NCBI GenBank assembly: GCA_002718035.1
Contig: PBCX01000008.1
Coordinates: 27,824 to 91,823 of the forward strand
Reading direction: 5' to 3'
DNA length: 64,000 nucleotides
Source: Flavobacteriales bacterium
GTDB lineage: Bacteria; Bacteroidota; Bacteroidia; Flavobacteriales; TMED113
Shown: positions 10,906 to 21,123 of the stretch, in pieces
How the letters are laid out: each line of letters starts with the position of its first letter
Numbering within the stretch: the first letter of the stretch is position 1
Notes under the pieces: generated by a model
Told to the model about the DNA's origin: nothing
Seen by the model: the letters and a program-made list of their open reading frames with translations, nothing else
Databases searched by the model: none
Translations under genes and position numbers: made by a program

Positions 10906-11193
10906 TTATTGTTTTTCTATTTTATAAATGATTTCATTTTCTTTAGAGTACAAATATTCTTCTCTTAAAATTTTTTCAAGCTCATGGCTCAATGTATCAG
11001 AATTCAGATTTTCAATTAATATGCTGTCATTTTTAATTAATTTTTTTAATCTACTAATTTCTTTGTTTTGGCTATTAATTTCATTGCCAATTTTTATTTG
11101 TCTAAGTAAGGCATTTTCATCAAAAAAAATAATCCACATGAAAAAAAAAATAAATAATATTTTTAATATATTTTTTGATAAAAATGAAAGCAT
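10906..11193 (-). CDS. Septum formation initiator family protein (FtsB/DivIC-like)
   Basis: 95 aa. One N-terminal TM helix, then a coiled coil, with a C-terminal ...REEYLYSKENEII... segment. Tightly packed between mutase and pruA. Confidence 0.6.
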   Translation of the reverse strand: MLSFLSKNILKILFIFFFMWIIFFDENALLRQIKIGNEINSQNKEISRLKKLIKNDSILIENLNSDTLSHELEKILREEYLYSKENEIIYKIEKQ

Positions 11194-11205
11194 TCTAAGT
11201 TATTT

Positions 11206-12840
11206 TTAAGAATTCTTTTTTAAGAACGAATATTTGTAATTTTTTGGAGGAACAAAGGTTTCCTTGATTGTTCTTGGCGAGACCCATCGCAATAAGTTCA
11301 AATATGAACCTGCTTTATCGTTAGTTCCTGAGGCTCTTGATCCACCAAAAGGTTGTTGAGATACAACAGCGCCTGTTGGCTTATCATTTATATAAAAGTT
11401 CCCTGCAGCATTTTCTAAAATATTTGTTGCTTTAATAATTGCCTCTCTGTCCTTTGAAAAAATTGCTCCTGTAAGTGCGTAATCCGATGTTTTATCAATT
11501 AATCTAAGTGTTTTTTCAAAATCTATATCATTATATATGTATATAGTTACAATTGGACCAAATAATTCATTCTTCATTGTATCATAATTTGGATCATTTG
11601 TTAAAATTATAGTAGGTTCTATGAAATAACCAATACTATCATCATATTCTCCTCCAAATATAATTTTGGCCTTTTTATCTTTTTTTGCTTTTTTAATTAC
11701 AGATTTTAATTTGTTAAATGAGTTTTTATGTATAACTGCGTTTACAAAATTTGAAAAATCTCTAGGGTCTCCAACTTTTATTGTTTTCATTTCTGAAATT
11801 AATTTTTTTTCAATTTTCGCCCATTGACTTTTTGGAATATAAATCCTGGATGCGGCAGAGCATTTTTGGCCTTGGTATTCAAAACCCCCTCTTATAATTG
11901 CTGTAACAACTTCATCCACATTAGCAGATCTGTGAGAAATTATAAAATCTTTACCCCCTGTTTCTCCTACAATGCGGGGGTAAGAAGTATATTTAGAAAT
12001 ATTTTTTCCAATTTCTTTCCATAATGATTTAAAAACTTTTGTTGAGCCTGTAAAATGTAATCCAGCAAATTCAGGGCTGTTTAAAATAACTTTATTTGCA
12101 TCTTCTGGTGTGCTGTGTATCAAATTTATAACTCCGTTGGGTAATCCAGCATCTTTTAACAGGTCCATAATAATTTTTGCAGAATATGTTTGACTATCTG
12201 AAGGTTTCCATATAACAGTGTTTCCCATTAAGACAGGTGCTAGGCATAGATTTGCTGCGATAGATGTAAAATTAAATGGAGTGATTGCGTAAACAAATCC
12301 CTCAAGAGGTCTATATTCCATTCTATTCCATACTCCATTTGAACTTTCAGGCTGCTTAGAGTATATCTCGTTCAAAAATTTAACGTTAAATTTTAGAAAA
12401 TCAATTAGTTCACAAGAAGCGTCAATTTCAGCTTGATGAGCATTTTTAGATTGATTTATCATTGTTGCTGCATTAATTTTTTGTCTGTATGGGCCGGCAA
12501 GAAGGTCTGCAGCTTTTAAAAAAATAGCGGCTCTATGTTCCCATGATGTATCTTTCCAATTCTGTTTGGCTTCTAAACATGCTAAAATAGCCTTTTTGAC
12601 ATCCTTTTGATTTCCATAGTGACAATAAGCAACAATATGTTTGTGGTTGTGAGGGGGTGATATGTTAATTTTTTTCTTTGAGGTAATTTTTTTTCCATTT
12701 ATTATCATTGGAAGATCTATTACCCGATTCATCATTTGATCATATTCCTTAATTAGTTCATTTCTTTCTTTACTTTTAGGGGAGTATGATTTGACTGGTT
12801 CACAATTTATACTTGGTATTGAAAATACTGCTTTTGTCAT
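11206..12840 (-). CDS. pruA: 1-pyrroline-5-carboxylate (L-glutamate gamma-semialdehyde) dehydrogenase
   Basis: 544 aa, aldehyde dehydrogenase fold. Catalytic ETGGKDF and GQKCSA motifs. Length typical of stand-alone P5CDH. Confidence 0.85.
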   Translation of the reverse strand: MTKAVFSIPSINCEPVKSYSPKSKERNELIKEYDQMMNRVIDLPMIINGKKITSKKKINISPPHNHKHIVAYCHYGNQKDVKKAILACLEAKQNWKDTSWEHRAAIFLKAADLLAGPYRQKINAATMINQSKNAHQAEIDASCELIDFLKFNVKFLNEIYSKQPESSNGVWNRMEYRPLEGFVYAITPFNFTSIAANLCLAPVLMGNTVIWKPSDSQTYSAKIIMDLLKDAGLPNGVINLIHSTPEDANKVILNSPEFAGLHFTGSTKVFKSLWKEIGKNISKYTSYPRIVGETGGKDFIISHRSANVDEVVTAIIRGGFEYQGQKCSAASRIYIPKSQWAKIEKKLISEMKTIKVGDPRDFSNFVNAVIHKNSFNKLKSVIKKAKKDKKAKIIFGGEYDDSIGYFIEPTIILTNDPNYDTMKNELFGPIVTIYIYNDIDFEKTLRLIDKTSDYALTGAIFSKDREAIIKATNILENAAGNFYINDKPTGAVVSQQPFGGSRASGTNDKAGSYLNLLRWVSPRTIKETFVPPKNYKYSFLKKNS

Positions 12841-12881
12841 TTTTTGTAAATTAAAATTTCTTCTAAATTATGAAAGGAAAA

Positions 12882-14129
12882 TTAATTTAAAGAATTAGAT
12901 GTGATTTTTTCAACTCCAACAAGTCTTTCGTATCTGCTCCATGGATTTTTATGAAATACGTATATTGTATATTCATTATTTGTCTCGTAGTAATTACCTT
13001 CAATTTCCTCAGTACTAGGTAGGTTGTTTTTCAAGGTCACGTATTGATAATTGTAGTAGCCTTGTTTCAGTAATAATTCTGTTTCAAATTTTTTGGATTT
13101 TTCATTGTATTTAAGTAAAAAATTTTGATTAATGAGCCAATTAGTCAATTGTCCAAAAATAAATATTTTTTCATTGAGGTTTTGATTATTATTTTTAAGG
13201 CTAAATTTTACATTTACATATTCAGATTCATTTTTTGATGAAAATGAGTTATCTCTTTTAACAATAAATTTTCCATTTAAGTCAAATTGCTCAAAGTAAG
13301 GTCTATTAGAATTTGGTTCATCAGTAATTAGCTCAACAAAGTAAAATTTATTTTTAAAGTAAATAGTGTCAATATTTTTTGAGTAAAAATTTAAATTAAC
13401 AGAGTTAAATTCTCTAAATTCGTTTCCGCCATTAAAACTTAATTCTTCATCGTAGTCAAATTTTATGGACTGATTATTAATTTGAGTTGGTTTAATTGCT
13501 TTTTTAGTACTAAGCCATTCATCATTTTTTTGTATTAAAATATTTAGTTCATTTGAGGGGTTAAAAATTTCTAAGTTTGAGTAAAACACTTCAAAGTCAA
13601 TTTCTTGCTTAGACTCTATATCTTTGGCGTAAGTTGCTCTTTTAGATCTTGCTTTAACTTTTACAATATCTTCATAAATAACAAATTTTTTTTTTATTAT
13701 CTCCTCTTCTGTATCTTCATTTTTAACTATGAGGAAATAAAAACCAGACTTCAAGAAATTAATGTTTTCATTTGGAAATATACATTGATAGTTTGTGTAA
13801 TCTACACTTGTATTAAATGAAAAAAAATATTCTTCAATATAGTTTTCATAAAAGCCGTCAAGATAATCAGATTCTATTAAGTCTGATTTCTCCCATTTTG
13901 AATTACAATGAACAAAACTGTATTTATAGTTAGTTAGATCTGTACCTATTTCATCAAATGATAAAAGTAGTTGTTCATTGGAATTTAAATTAATTATTGG
14001 ATCGAGCAGTTCATTTTCAATATTTTGAATTAAAACTGTTTTGATATTATCTGCAAAATGTTCATTTATAACCTGGGATTCAGCTTTAAAAAAAAATATG
14101 AATATTAACAAAAAAAATGTAGTTTTCAT
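12882..14129 (-). CDS. DUF5103-like secreted protein (possible T9SS plug-domain family)
   Basis: 415 aa with a signal peptide. The segment YKYSFVHCNSKWEKSDL...DYLDGF...SGFYFLIV matches my memory of the DUF5103 / T9SS_plug N-terminal domain. This is not verifiable here. Confidence 0.5.
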   Translation of the reverse strand: MKTTFFLLIFIFFFKAESQVINEHFADNIKTVLIQNIENELLDPIINLNSNEQLLLSFDEIGTDLTNYKYSFVHCNSKWEKSDLIESDYLDGFYENYIEEYFFSFNTSVDYTNYQCIFPNENINFLKSGFYFLIVKNEDTEEEIIKKKFVIYEDIVKVKARSKRATYAKDIESKQEIDFEVFYSNLEIFNPSNELNILIQKNDEWLSTKKAIKPTQINNQSIKFDYDEELSFNGGNEFREFNSVNLNFYSKNIDTIYFKNKFYFVELITDEPNSNRPYFEQFDLNGKFIVKRDNSFSSKNESEYVNVKFSLKNNNQNLNEKIFIFGQLTNWLINQNFLLKYNEKSKKFETELLLKQGYYNYQYVTLKNNLPSTEEIEGNYYETNNEYTIYVFHKNPWSRYERLVGVEKITSNSLN

Positions 14130-14178
14130 TTAAAAAATATATAAACAATTTCATTTAAAAAAAATAAAATTAATTTTT

Positions 14179-14186
14179 CAAATATA
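14179..14186 (-). promoter_or_regulatory. Candidate Bacteroidota -7 promoter box (TATATTTG on the minus strand) for the DUF5103-like gene
   Basis: Exact TAnnTTTG match about 50 nt upstream of the ATG at 14129, in the divergent spacer. Confidence 0.3.
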
Positions 14187-14251
14187 GTGGTTTAATATAT
14201 TAATATTTTATATTTTCGTGTTGTAAAAAATCAATCTCTAATCATCAACTT

Positions 14252-15592
14252 TTGGAAGTACGTATAACTAAGGGTAAGGACATTAATTTAAAAGGTTTTG
14301 CTAATAAGAAAATATCTAATTTTAGCTCTTCTTTTTATTCTCTTAAGCCAATAGATTTTCATGGGCTTAAGCCTAAATTGTGTGTTAAAGAAGGTCAGTC
14401 AGTTCTTGCGGGTGAAAGTTTGTTTTTCGATAAAGATTTTGCTAAAATTCAATTTGTTTCGCCAGTCAGTGGGAAAATTGAAAAAATAATCAGGGGAAAA
14501 AAAAGAAAGCTATTAGAAATTGTAATCAAAGCAACTAAAACTAACAAGTATAAAAGTTTTAATATTGTAGGTCATAAAAATTTTGATATTCAGAAGTTAA
14601 AAGATTTGTTTTTTGCTTCGGGACTTTGGTCTCTTATAAAACAAAGACCTTTTTCTGTATGCGCTGATCCAATCAAAAAACCTAAATCTATATTTATTTC
14701 TTGTTTTGACACTGCCCCTTTAGCACCCGATTATGAGTTTATTATGTCAGGCAAAGAAAAAGAGTTTCAAAAAGGAATTGATATTATTTCTTGTTTTTGC
14801 GATGGTCAGGTACATTTAAATATAAAAGGAGATAGTGACCCGGACTTTATCAAGGATACTCAAGGTGTTCAGGTAAATAAATTTTTTGGTCCTCATCCGG
14901 CAGGTAATGTTGGAATTCAAATTCATCATCTGGATCCTATTAACAAGGGAGATGTTGTATGGGTACTTTCCCTTCAATCTATTTTAACAATTGGTAACTT
15001 TTTTTTAACTGGAAAATATAAAAATTACAAAACGATTGCTTTAACTGGTTCAGAGGTTAAAAGACCTAGTTATTATAATGTTTTTCAAGGTGTAAATGTA
15101 ATTGAATTATTGAAAGGAAAAGTTAAGTCTGGAAATAAAAGAGTTATTTCCGGTAATATTCTACACGGAGATAACATTAACGAAAGTGGTTATCTAGGTT
15201 TTTTTGAAGATCAAGTAACCGTCATTCCTGAGGGTAATTATCAAGAGTTATTTGGATGGGCAATGCCAGGATTTAATAAATTTAGTTTTTCTAGAGCATT
15301 TTTATCTTCTTTGTTTCCAAAAAAAGAAGTTATTTTAGATACTAATATGCACGGAGAAGAGAGAGCCTATGTAGTTTCAGGTCAATACGAAGATTTAGTA
15401 CCTATGGATATTTTTCCAGTTCAATTGATAAAGTCTATCATGGTTGAGGATGTTGAATTGATGGAAAAACTAGGTATATATGAAGTTTCTCCTGAAGATT
15501 TTGCATTATGTGAATTCTCATGTACTTCTAAGATTCCAGTTCAGGAAATTCTTAGAGATGGTTTAGATTTAATAAAAAAAGAATGTAGTTAA
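14252..15592 (+). CDS. nqrA: Na+-translocating NADH:quinone oxidoreductase subunit A
   Basis: 446 aa. NqrA-like N-terminus (.VRITKGKDINLKG). First gene of a contiguous nqrA-F set. TTG is the only canonical start after the in-frame TAA at 14201. Confidence 0.93.
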   Translation: MEVRITKGKDINLKGFANKKISNFSSSFYSLKPIDFHGLKPKLCVKEGQSVLAGESLFFDKDFAKIQFVSPVSGKIEKIIRGKKRKLLEIVIKATKTNKYKSFNIVGHKNFDIQKLKDLFFASGLWSLIKQRPFSVCADPIKKPKSIFISCFDTAPLAPDYEFIMSGKEKEFQKGIDIISCFCDGQVHLNIKGDSDPDFIKDTQGVQVNKFFGPHPAGNVGIQIHHLDPINKGDVVWVLSLQSILTIGNFFLTGKYKNYKTIALTGSEVKRPSYYNVFQGVNVIELLKGKVKSGNKRVISGNILHGDNINESGYLGFFEDQVTVIPEGNYQELFGWAMPGFNKFSFSRAFLSSLFPKKEVILDTNMHGEERAYVVSGQYEDLVPMDIFPVQLIKSIMVEDVELMEKLGIYEVSPEDFALCEFSCTSKIPVQEILRDGLDLIKKECS

Positions 15593-15595
15593 ATT

Positions 15596-16804
15596 ATGGA
15601 TTTTTTAAGAAAAACATTGAATAAAATTAAACCACATTTTTCTGAAGGCGGTAAGTTAGAAAAGTTGCATCCTGCTTATGATGCATTTGAAACATTTTTA
15701 TTTGTCCCAGATCACACAACATCTTCAAAATGTCATGTTAGAGATTCTATTGATTTGAAAAGAACAATGGGGACAATTATTTTAGCCCTCCTTCCTTGTT
15801 TAATTTTTGGATGTTACAACATTGGATATCAATATTACTTACAATTTGATCCTGGTTTTATTTCTGGTAACTTTTTTAGCTTCTTTAATTTGTTTTTATA
15901 TGGACTAATTAAAGTCACTCCCATGATTATAGTTTCTTATGGAGTCGGTCTTTCAATTGAATTTGCATTTGCGGTCTTTAGAGGTCATCAAGTTAATGAA
16001 GGCTATTTAGTGACAGGTATGTTGATTCCACTAATATTTCCGATTGATTGTCCTCTTTGGATTGTAGCATTGTCTGTTATTTTTGCAGTAGTGATTGGAA
16101 AAGAGGTTTTTGGTGGAACAGGTATGAATATTTTAAACCCCGCTTTGTTAGCAAGGGGATTTGCATTTTTTGCTTATCCAACTAAATTATCTGGTGACAA
16201 AGTTTGGGTCTCTGATGGATATACTGATGCAATTTCTGGAGAAACTGCTCTTGGAGAGCTAGCCACTCTTGTAAAAGATAATGTTCCTACTGAACAAGTT
16301 AATAATGTGCTTAGTAATTTTAGTACAGAGGGTTCATACAGTCTTATGAACTCTTTTTTAGGTTTTATTCCAGGTTCTATTGGAGAAACATCTGTATTAG
16401 CTGTTTTAATTGGTGCCTCTATTTTACTTATGACGGGTCTTGGTTCTTGGAGAATAATGTTTTCTGCTTTACTGGGTGGATTTTTTATGGCATCAATTTT
16501 TAAGTTGTGGGGTGCTAATCCATTTATGGATTTAAACCCAATTCATCAGCTATGTATTGGGGGTTTTATGTTTGCAATTGTGTTTATGGCCACTGATCCA
16601 GTTTCAGCTGCTCAAACTAATACAGGAAAGTTGATTTATGGATTCCTATGTGGCTTTTTAGGAATTATGATTAGAGTGTTTAATCCGGCATACCCCGAAG
16701 GAATTATGCTTGCAATTTTATTTATGAATGTTATGGCTCCGTTAATTGATCATTATGTAGTTGAATCTAGTATTAAAAGAAGAATGAACAGAATTAATAT
16801 TTAA
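15596..16804 (+). CDS. nqrB: Na+-NQR subunit B
   Basis: 402 aa polytopic membrane protein. Flavinylation-type motif DAISGETAL. Confidence 0.95.
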   Translation: MDFLRKTLNKIKPHFSEGGKLEKLHPAYDAFETFLFVPDHTTSSKCHVRDSIDLKRTMGTIILALLPCLIFGCYNIGYQYYLQFDPGFISGNFFSFFNLFLYGLIKVTPMIIVSYGVGLSIEFAFAVFRGHQVNEGYLVTGMLIPLIFPIDCPLWIVALSVIFAVVIGKEVFGGTGMNILNPALLARGFAFFAYPTKLSGDKVWVSDGYTDAISGETALGELATLVKDNVPTEQVNNVLSNFSTEGSYSLMNSFLGFIPGSIGETSVLAVLIGASILLMTGLGSWRIMFSALLGGFFMASIFKLWGANPFMDLNPIHQLCIGGFMFAIVFMATDPVSAAQTNTGKLIYGFLCGFLGIMIRVFNPAYPEGIMLAILFMNVMAPLIDHYVVESSIKRRMNRINI

Positions 16805-16810
16805 TGAATT

Positions 16811-17539
16811 ATGAAAATAAATAAAGATTCAAATATTTTTACTTTTTCCTTTGCTATTTTAATGGTTTTAGTAGTTGCTATTTCTTTAGCTTTTGTTTCA
16901 GAGTCTTTATCAGACATGAAAAAAGCAAATAAAATTGATAAGAAAAAAATAAATATTTTATCAGCAATTAAAGTTAAAAGTGATAGAAAAACAGCAAATC
17001 AGTTATATTCTGATTATATTAAAAAATCAGTTGTTGTTAACTCTGTTGGTGAAGTTGTGCAACATAAAAATATTGATTCATTAGCATTTAATATAGATGT
17101 ACAAAAACAATACAGAGATAAAACTCTTTCAAAAGAAGATAAATTATTTCCGCTTTTTGTTGCAAAAAAAGATGGATCAGAATTTTATATAACTCCAATG
17201 GTCGGAAGTGGTTTATGGGGGCCAATTTGGGGATTTATTGCATTAGAGAGTGATTGTAATACTATTTTTGGAGCATCATTCGATCATAAATCTGAAACAC
17301 CTGGCCTTGGTGCTGAAATAAGAGAATCTTTTTTTGAAGATGCCTTTATTGGAAAAAAAATACTTAACAACAATAATCAATTTGTTTCTGTTGATGTGGT
17401 TAAGGGCGGGGCTGAAGCTGGTAGTTATCATCAGGTTGATGGTATAACTGGAGGAACAATTACTAGTGATGGTGTTACTAATATGTTGAAGAATGATTTA
17501 GAAGTATACAATAATTATTTCGATAAAATTAGAGAATAA
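16811..17539 (+). CDS. nqrC: Na+-NQR subunit C
   Basis: 242 aa with a single N-terminal TM helix. FMN-attachment motif DGITGGTITS. Confidence 0.95.
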   Translation: MKINKDSNIFTFSFAILMVLVVAISLAFVSESLSDMKKANKIDKKKINILSAIKVKSDRKTANQLYSDYIKKSVVVNSVGEVVQHKNIDSLAFNIDVQKQYRDKTLSKEDKLFPLFVAKKDGSEFYITPMVGSGLWGPIWGFIALESDCNTIFGASFDHKSETPGLGAEIRESFFEDAFIGKKILNNNNQFVSVDVVKGGAEAGSYHQVDGITGGTITSDGVTNMLKNDLEVYNNYFDKIRE

Positions 17540-17540
17540 A

Positions 17541-18197
17541 ATGAAAAATTCACTTTTATCAAAAAAGAATAGAAAATTATTGAGTGATCCTCTCGGTGAT
17601 CAAAACCCTATCACAATTCAAGTGTTAGGAATTTGTTCTGCGTTAGCAATTACTGTTCAATTACAACAAGCATTAGTTATGTCTATGTCTGTAGTTTTTG
17701 TTATGGTATGTGGAAATATGATAATTTCAGCCCTAAGAAATGTAATACCTTCAAGAATTAGGATTATTGTTCAACTAGTTGTTGTTTCATCTTTAGTTGT
17801 TTTTGTTGATCAAGTCTTGCAAGCTTTTTTACCTGACGTTCAAGAAAAATTATCTGTATTTATCGGTCTAATTGTTTCAAATTGTATAATTATGGGACGT
17901 TTAGAAGCTTTTGCTCTAGGTAATACTTTGTGGCCATCATTTTTAGATGGTATAGGTAATGCTGTTGGCTATGGTTGGATTCTTTTAGCTGTTGCTTTCT
18001 TCAGAGAATTATTTGGTTCCGGAAAATTATTTGGTTACCAAGTTTTTCCTGATGCTTGGTACGAAGCGGGTGGAGGGTTTTATTTAAATAATAATTTAAT
18101 GATATTACCTCCAATGGCCTTAATAGTTGTTGGTGTAATAATTTGGGTGCAAAGATCAAGAAAATCATTCCCCGAAGAATTATTAGAAGAAAATTAA
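17541..18197 (+). CDS. nqrD: Na+-NQR subunit D
   Basis: 218 aa hydrophobic protein of the NqrD/RnfE family, in operon position. Confidence 0.93.
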   Translation: MKNSLLSKKNRKLLSDPLGDQNPITIQVLGICSALAITVQLQQALVMSMSVVFVMVCGNMIISALRNVIPSRIRIIVQLVVVSSLVVFVDQVLQAFLPDVQEKLSVFIGLIVSNCIIMGRLEAFALGNTLWPSFLDGIGNAVGYGWILLAVAFFRELFGSGKLFGYQVFPDAWYEAGGGFYLNNNLMILPPMALIVVGVIIWVQRSRKSFPEELLEEN

Positions 18198-18200
18198 TTT

Positions 18201-18818
18201 ATGGAAGAATTAGTAAATATATTTATAAAGGGTGTTTTCATTGAAAATATGATTTTTGCTTATTTTCTTGGAATGTGTTCGTATTTAGCAGTATCTAAAA
18301 CTGTTGAAACTGGTGTTGGTCTAGGAGCTGCTGTAATTTTTGTTTTAGGTATTACTGTGCCGATTAATTATTTACTTGAAAATTATCTACTTAAAGAAGG
18401 GGCTCTGTCATGGTTAGGTGCGAGATTTTCTACTATGGATTTATCTTTTTTAAGTTTAATAATGTTTATAGCAGTTGTTGCTTCCATGGTTCAGCTCGTT
18501 GAAATGTTAGTTGAGAAGTTTTCACCACAACTATATAGTAGCTTAGGTATTTTTCTTCCTCTGATTGCTGTGAATTGTTCCATATTAGGAGGAGCGTTGT
18601 TTATGCAAGAGCGTCAGTATTCTACAATTGTTGAAGCTACTTCTTTTGCTCTTGGTTCTGGTGTGGGTTGGTTTTTAGCTATTGTTGGAATAGCTGCAAT
18701 TAGAGAAAAAATAAGATATTCTAATGTACCTAGGCCATTAAGAGGATTAGGTATAACATTTATAATTACTGGTCTTATGGGAATTGGTTTTATGTGTTTT
18801 ATGGGGATAAATATATAA
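18201..18818 (+). CDS. nqrE: Na+-NQR subunit E
   Basis: 205 aa hydrophobic protein of the NqrE/RnfA family, in operon position. Confidence 0.93.
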   Translation: MEELVNIFIKGVFIENMIFAYFLGMCSYLAVSKTVETGVGLGAAVIFVLGITVPINYLLENYLLKEGALSWLGARFSTMDLSFLSLIMFIAVVASMVQLVEMLVEKFSPQLYSSLGIFLPLIAVNCSILGGALFMQERQYSTIVEATSFALGSGVGWFLAIVGIAAIREKIRYSNVPRPLRGLGITFIITGLMGIGFMCFMGINI

Positions 18819-18825
18819 TAAATTT

Positions 18826-20121
18826 ATGTTTGAGTTAATTTTATTTGCTGTTGTTATTTTTTTATTTGTGATGTTATCACTTGTTATGGTGTTATTATTT
18901 GCCAAAGCAAAGCTTTCACCCTCCGGAGATGTAACTTTAACAATTAATGGTGATAATAAATTAAAAGTTAGTGCTGGAGACACTATTCTTACGACACTGG
19001 GAAATAATAAAGTTTTCTTACCTTCTGCTTGTGGAGGAGGAGGAACCTGTGCTATGTGTAAATGTCAAGTGAATTCTGGGGGAGGTAGTATCTTACCAAC
19101 TGAAAAACCATATTTTTCAAGAAAAGAAATTCAAGATAATTGGAGACTTGGATGTCAAGTTAAGGTAAAAAACGATATGGAAATTCAAATTCCAGAGGAA
19201 ATTTTTGGAATTAAACAATGGAAAGCAAAAGTTGTTTCTAATTATAATGTTGCATCTTTTATCAAAGAGTTTATTGTAGAGTTACCTGAAGATATGGACT
19301 ACGAAGCAGGTGGGTATATTCAAATTGAAATACCAGAAGGTGAAGTTAAATACGAAAAATTTGACATCGCAGCTCATCCAAAAGAACATCCTGGTGAAAA
19401 AGATAAGTTTAAATATGAGTGGGATAAATTTAATTTATGGCCCTTAGTAATGAAGAATGATGAAAGTGTTGTAAGAGCATATTCAATGGCTAGTTACCCA
19501 GCAGAGGGAAGAAAAATAATGTTAAATGTTAGGATCGCTACTCCTCCTTGGGATAGAAAAAATAATAATTGGCTAAATGTAAACCCAGGTATTGCTTCAT
19601 CTTATATTTTTGGTTTGAAAGCAGGTGATGAGGTTACGATTTCTGGTCCATATGGTGAGTTTTTTATTAAAGAAACTGATTCTGAAATGGTTTACATAGG
19701 AGGTGGTGCTGGTATGGCTCCACTAAGATCGCATTTATATCATTTATTTAAAACTCTGAAATCAAATAGAAAGGTGTCATACTGGTATGGGGGAAGGTCT
19801 AGAAGAGAGTTATTTTATATGGAGCACTTTTTTGCTTTAGAAAAAAAGTTCAAGAATTTTAAATTTTATCCAGTTTTATCTGAACCTTTAAAGGAAGATA
19901 ATTGGAAAGAAAAAAAAGATTTAAATGACAGTAAAGGTGATGGTTTTATGGGCTTTGTTCATCAAGCTTTCATCGATAATTACCTTAGTATACATGAAAG
20001 CCCTGAAGATATTGAATTTTATTTTTGTGGCCCACCCTTAATGAATCAAGCCGTTTTAAAAATGTGTGATGACTATGGAGTTCCTGAAGAAAATGTTTCA
20101 TTTGATGATTTTGGAGGTTAG
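18826..20121 (+). CDS. nqrF: Na+-NQR subunit F
   Basis: 431 aa. N-terminal TM helix, 2Fe-2S motif CGGGGTCAMCKC, FAD site RAYSMAS, and a C-terminal NADH-binding fold. Confidence 0.96.
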   Translation: MFELILFAVVIFLFVMLSLVMVLLFAKAKLSPSGDVTLTINGDNKLKVSAGDTILTTLGNNKVFLPSACGGGGTCAMCKCQVNSGGGSILPTEKPYFSRKEIQDNWRLGCQVKVKNDMEIQIPEEIFGIKQWKAKVVSNYNVASFIKEFIVELPEDMDYEAGGYIQIEIPEGEVKYEKFDIAAHPKEHPGEKDKFKYEWDKFNLWPLVMKNDESVVRAYSMASYPAEGRKIMLNVRIATPPWDRKNNNWLNVNPGIASSYIFGLKAGDEVTISGPYGEFFIKETDSEMVYIGGGAGMAPLRSHLYHLFKTLKSNRKVSYWYGGRSRRELFYMEHFFALEKKFKNFKFYPVLSEPLKEDNWKEKKDLNDSKGDGFMGFVHQAFIDNYLSIHESPEDIEFYFCGPPLMNQAVLKMCDDYGVPEENVSFDDFGG

Positions 20122-21123
20122 GTCAATTTTTATAATTATTTTTTTTTTATTTTCTTGTCAAAATAGTTATCAATTAAATACAATTATTGGCTCTGCTCAA
20201 GGAACTTTTTATAGTGTAAAATATTTTTCAAAAAAAAAACAGTTACGAAGTTACAAATCGATAGTCTTTTGTCTGAAATTGATTTATCACTATCTACTTA
20301 CAAACCGGGGTCTTTAATTAGTAGGATTAATAGAAATAAAGAAACAATACTTGACAATCATCTCAATCAAGTACTTGTAAGATCTCTTAAGATTTGTGAT
20401 CAAACAAGTGGTTTTTTTGATGTTACAATTGCTCCAGTGGTTAATTTTTTTGGTTTTGGTTATGATAAAGTTAAATATGATGATAAAATTAATTATGACA
20501 GTATAATTGGTTGTGATAAAATAATTATAAGAGATAATACAATTTTCAAAAAAAATAGTGATATTAAAATTGATATAAATGGAATTGCTCAAGGATATAG
20601 CGTAGATATCATATCGAATTTTTTAAGGTCAAAAAAAATATATGATTTTATAGTCAATATTGGTGGTGAAATTTTTTGTTCGGGTAATAAAAAAGGTGAT
20701 GACTGGGCAGTTGCTATTGAAAAACCATTTATGAATATTCAAAAACCAATGTACATCTTAAATTTATCTAACAAAGCTTTAGCTACTTCAGGAAGCTACA
20801 GAAAAATTAAAAAAATTGACAACAAAATAATTTCTCATACAATGAGTCCTAAAAATTTCCTTCCTATCGAAAATGAGTTAATCAGTGTTTCAGTAATGGC
20901 TGATAATTGTATGGATGCAGATGCTTATGCAACTGCTTGTATGGCAATGGGACTGATTAAATCGAAAAAATTTATTAAAAATCATAAAATTGATGCTTGT
21001 TTTATATATAAATCTAATGATGATACTATAACTTATATAACACAAAATTTATTAAAGTTTGTGTCCTCAAAGTCACCAAATTATTTAGATTTACAAGCTT
21101 CGTTTGGGGGTGCGCCACAATAA
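20105..21123 (+). CDS. apbE: FAD:protein FMN transferase ApbE (lipoprotein), reading frame interrupted at an A10 tract (20230-20239)
   Basis: The 5' part, in the frame of track ORF 20066..20317, holds a lipobox signal (MILEVRSIFIIIFFLFSC) and GSAQGTFYSVKY. The continuation TVTKLQIDSLLSEIDLSLSTYKPGSLISRIN and the rest of ApbE are in the frame of ORF 20269..21123. One extra A would join them. The ATG at 20105 is my start choice. Confidence 0.8.

Noticed and set aside
10928-11209. 93-aa plus-strand ORF opposite the ftsB-like gene
   Set aside because: The minus-strand product has the TM plus coiled-coil FtsB/DivIC layout and fits the minus-strand operon packing (1-12 nt gaps). The plus-strand product is Phe/Ser/Ile low complexity.
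20066-20317. 83-aa ORF as an independent small gene overlapping the nqrF end
   Set aside because: Its meaningful part (signal peptide plus GSAQGTFYSVKY) is the N-terminus of ApbE. The remainder after the A10 tract is out-of-frame read-through. It is treated as part of the frameshifted apbE.
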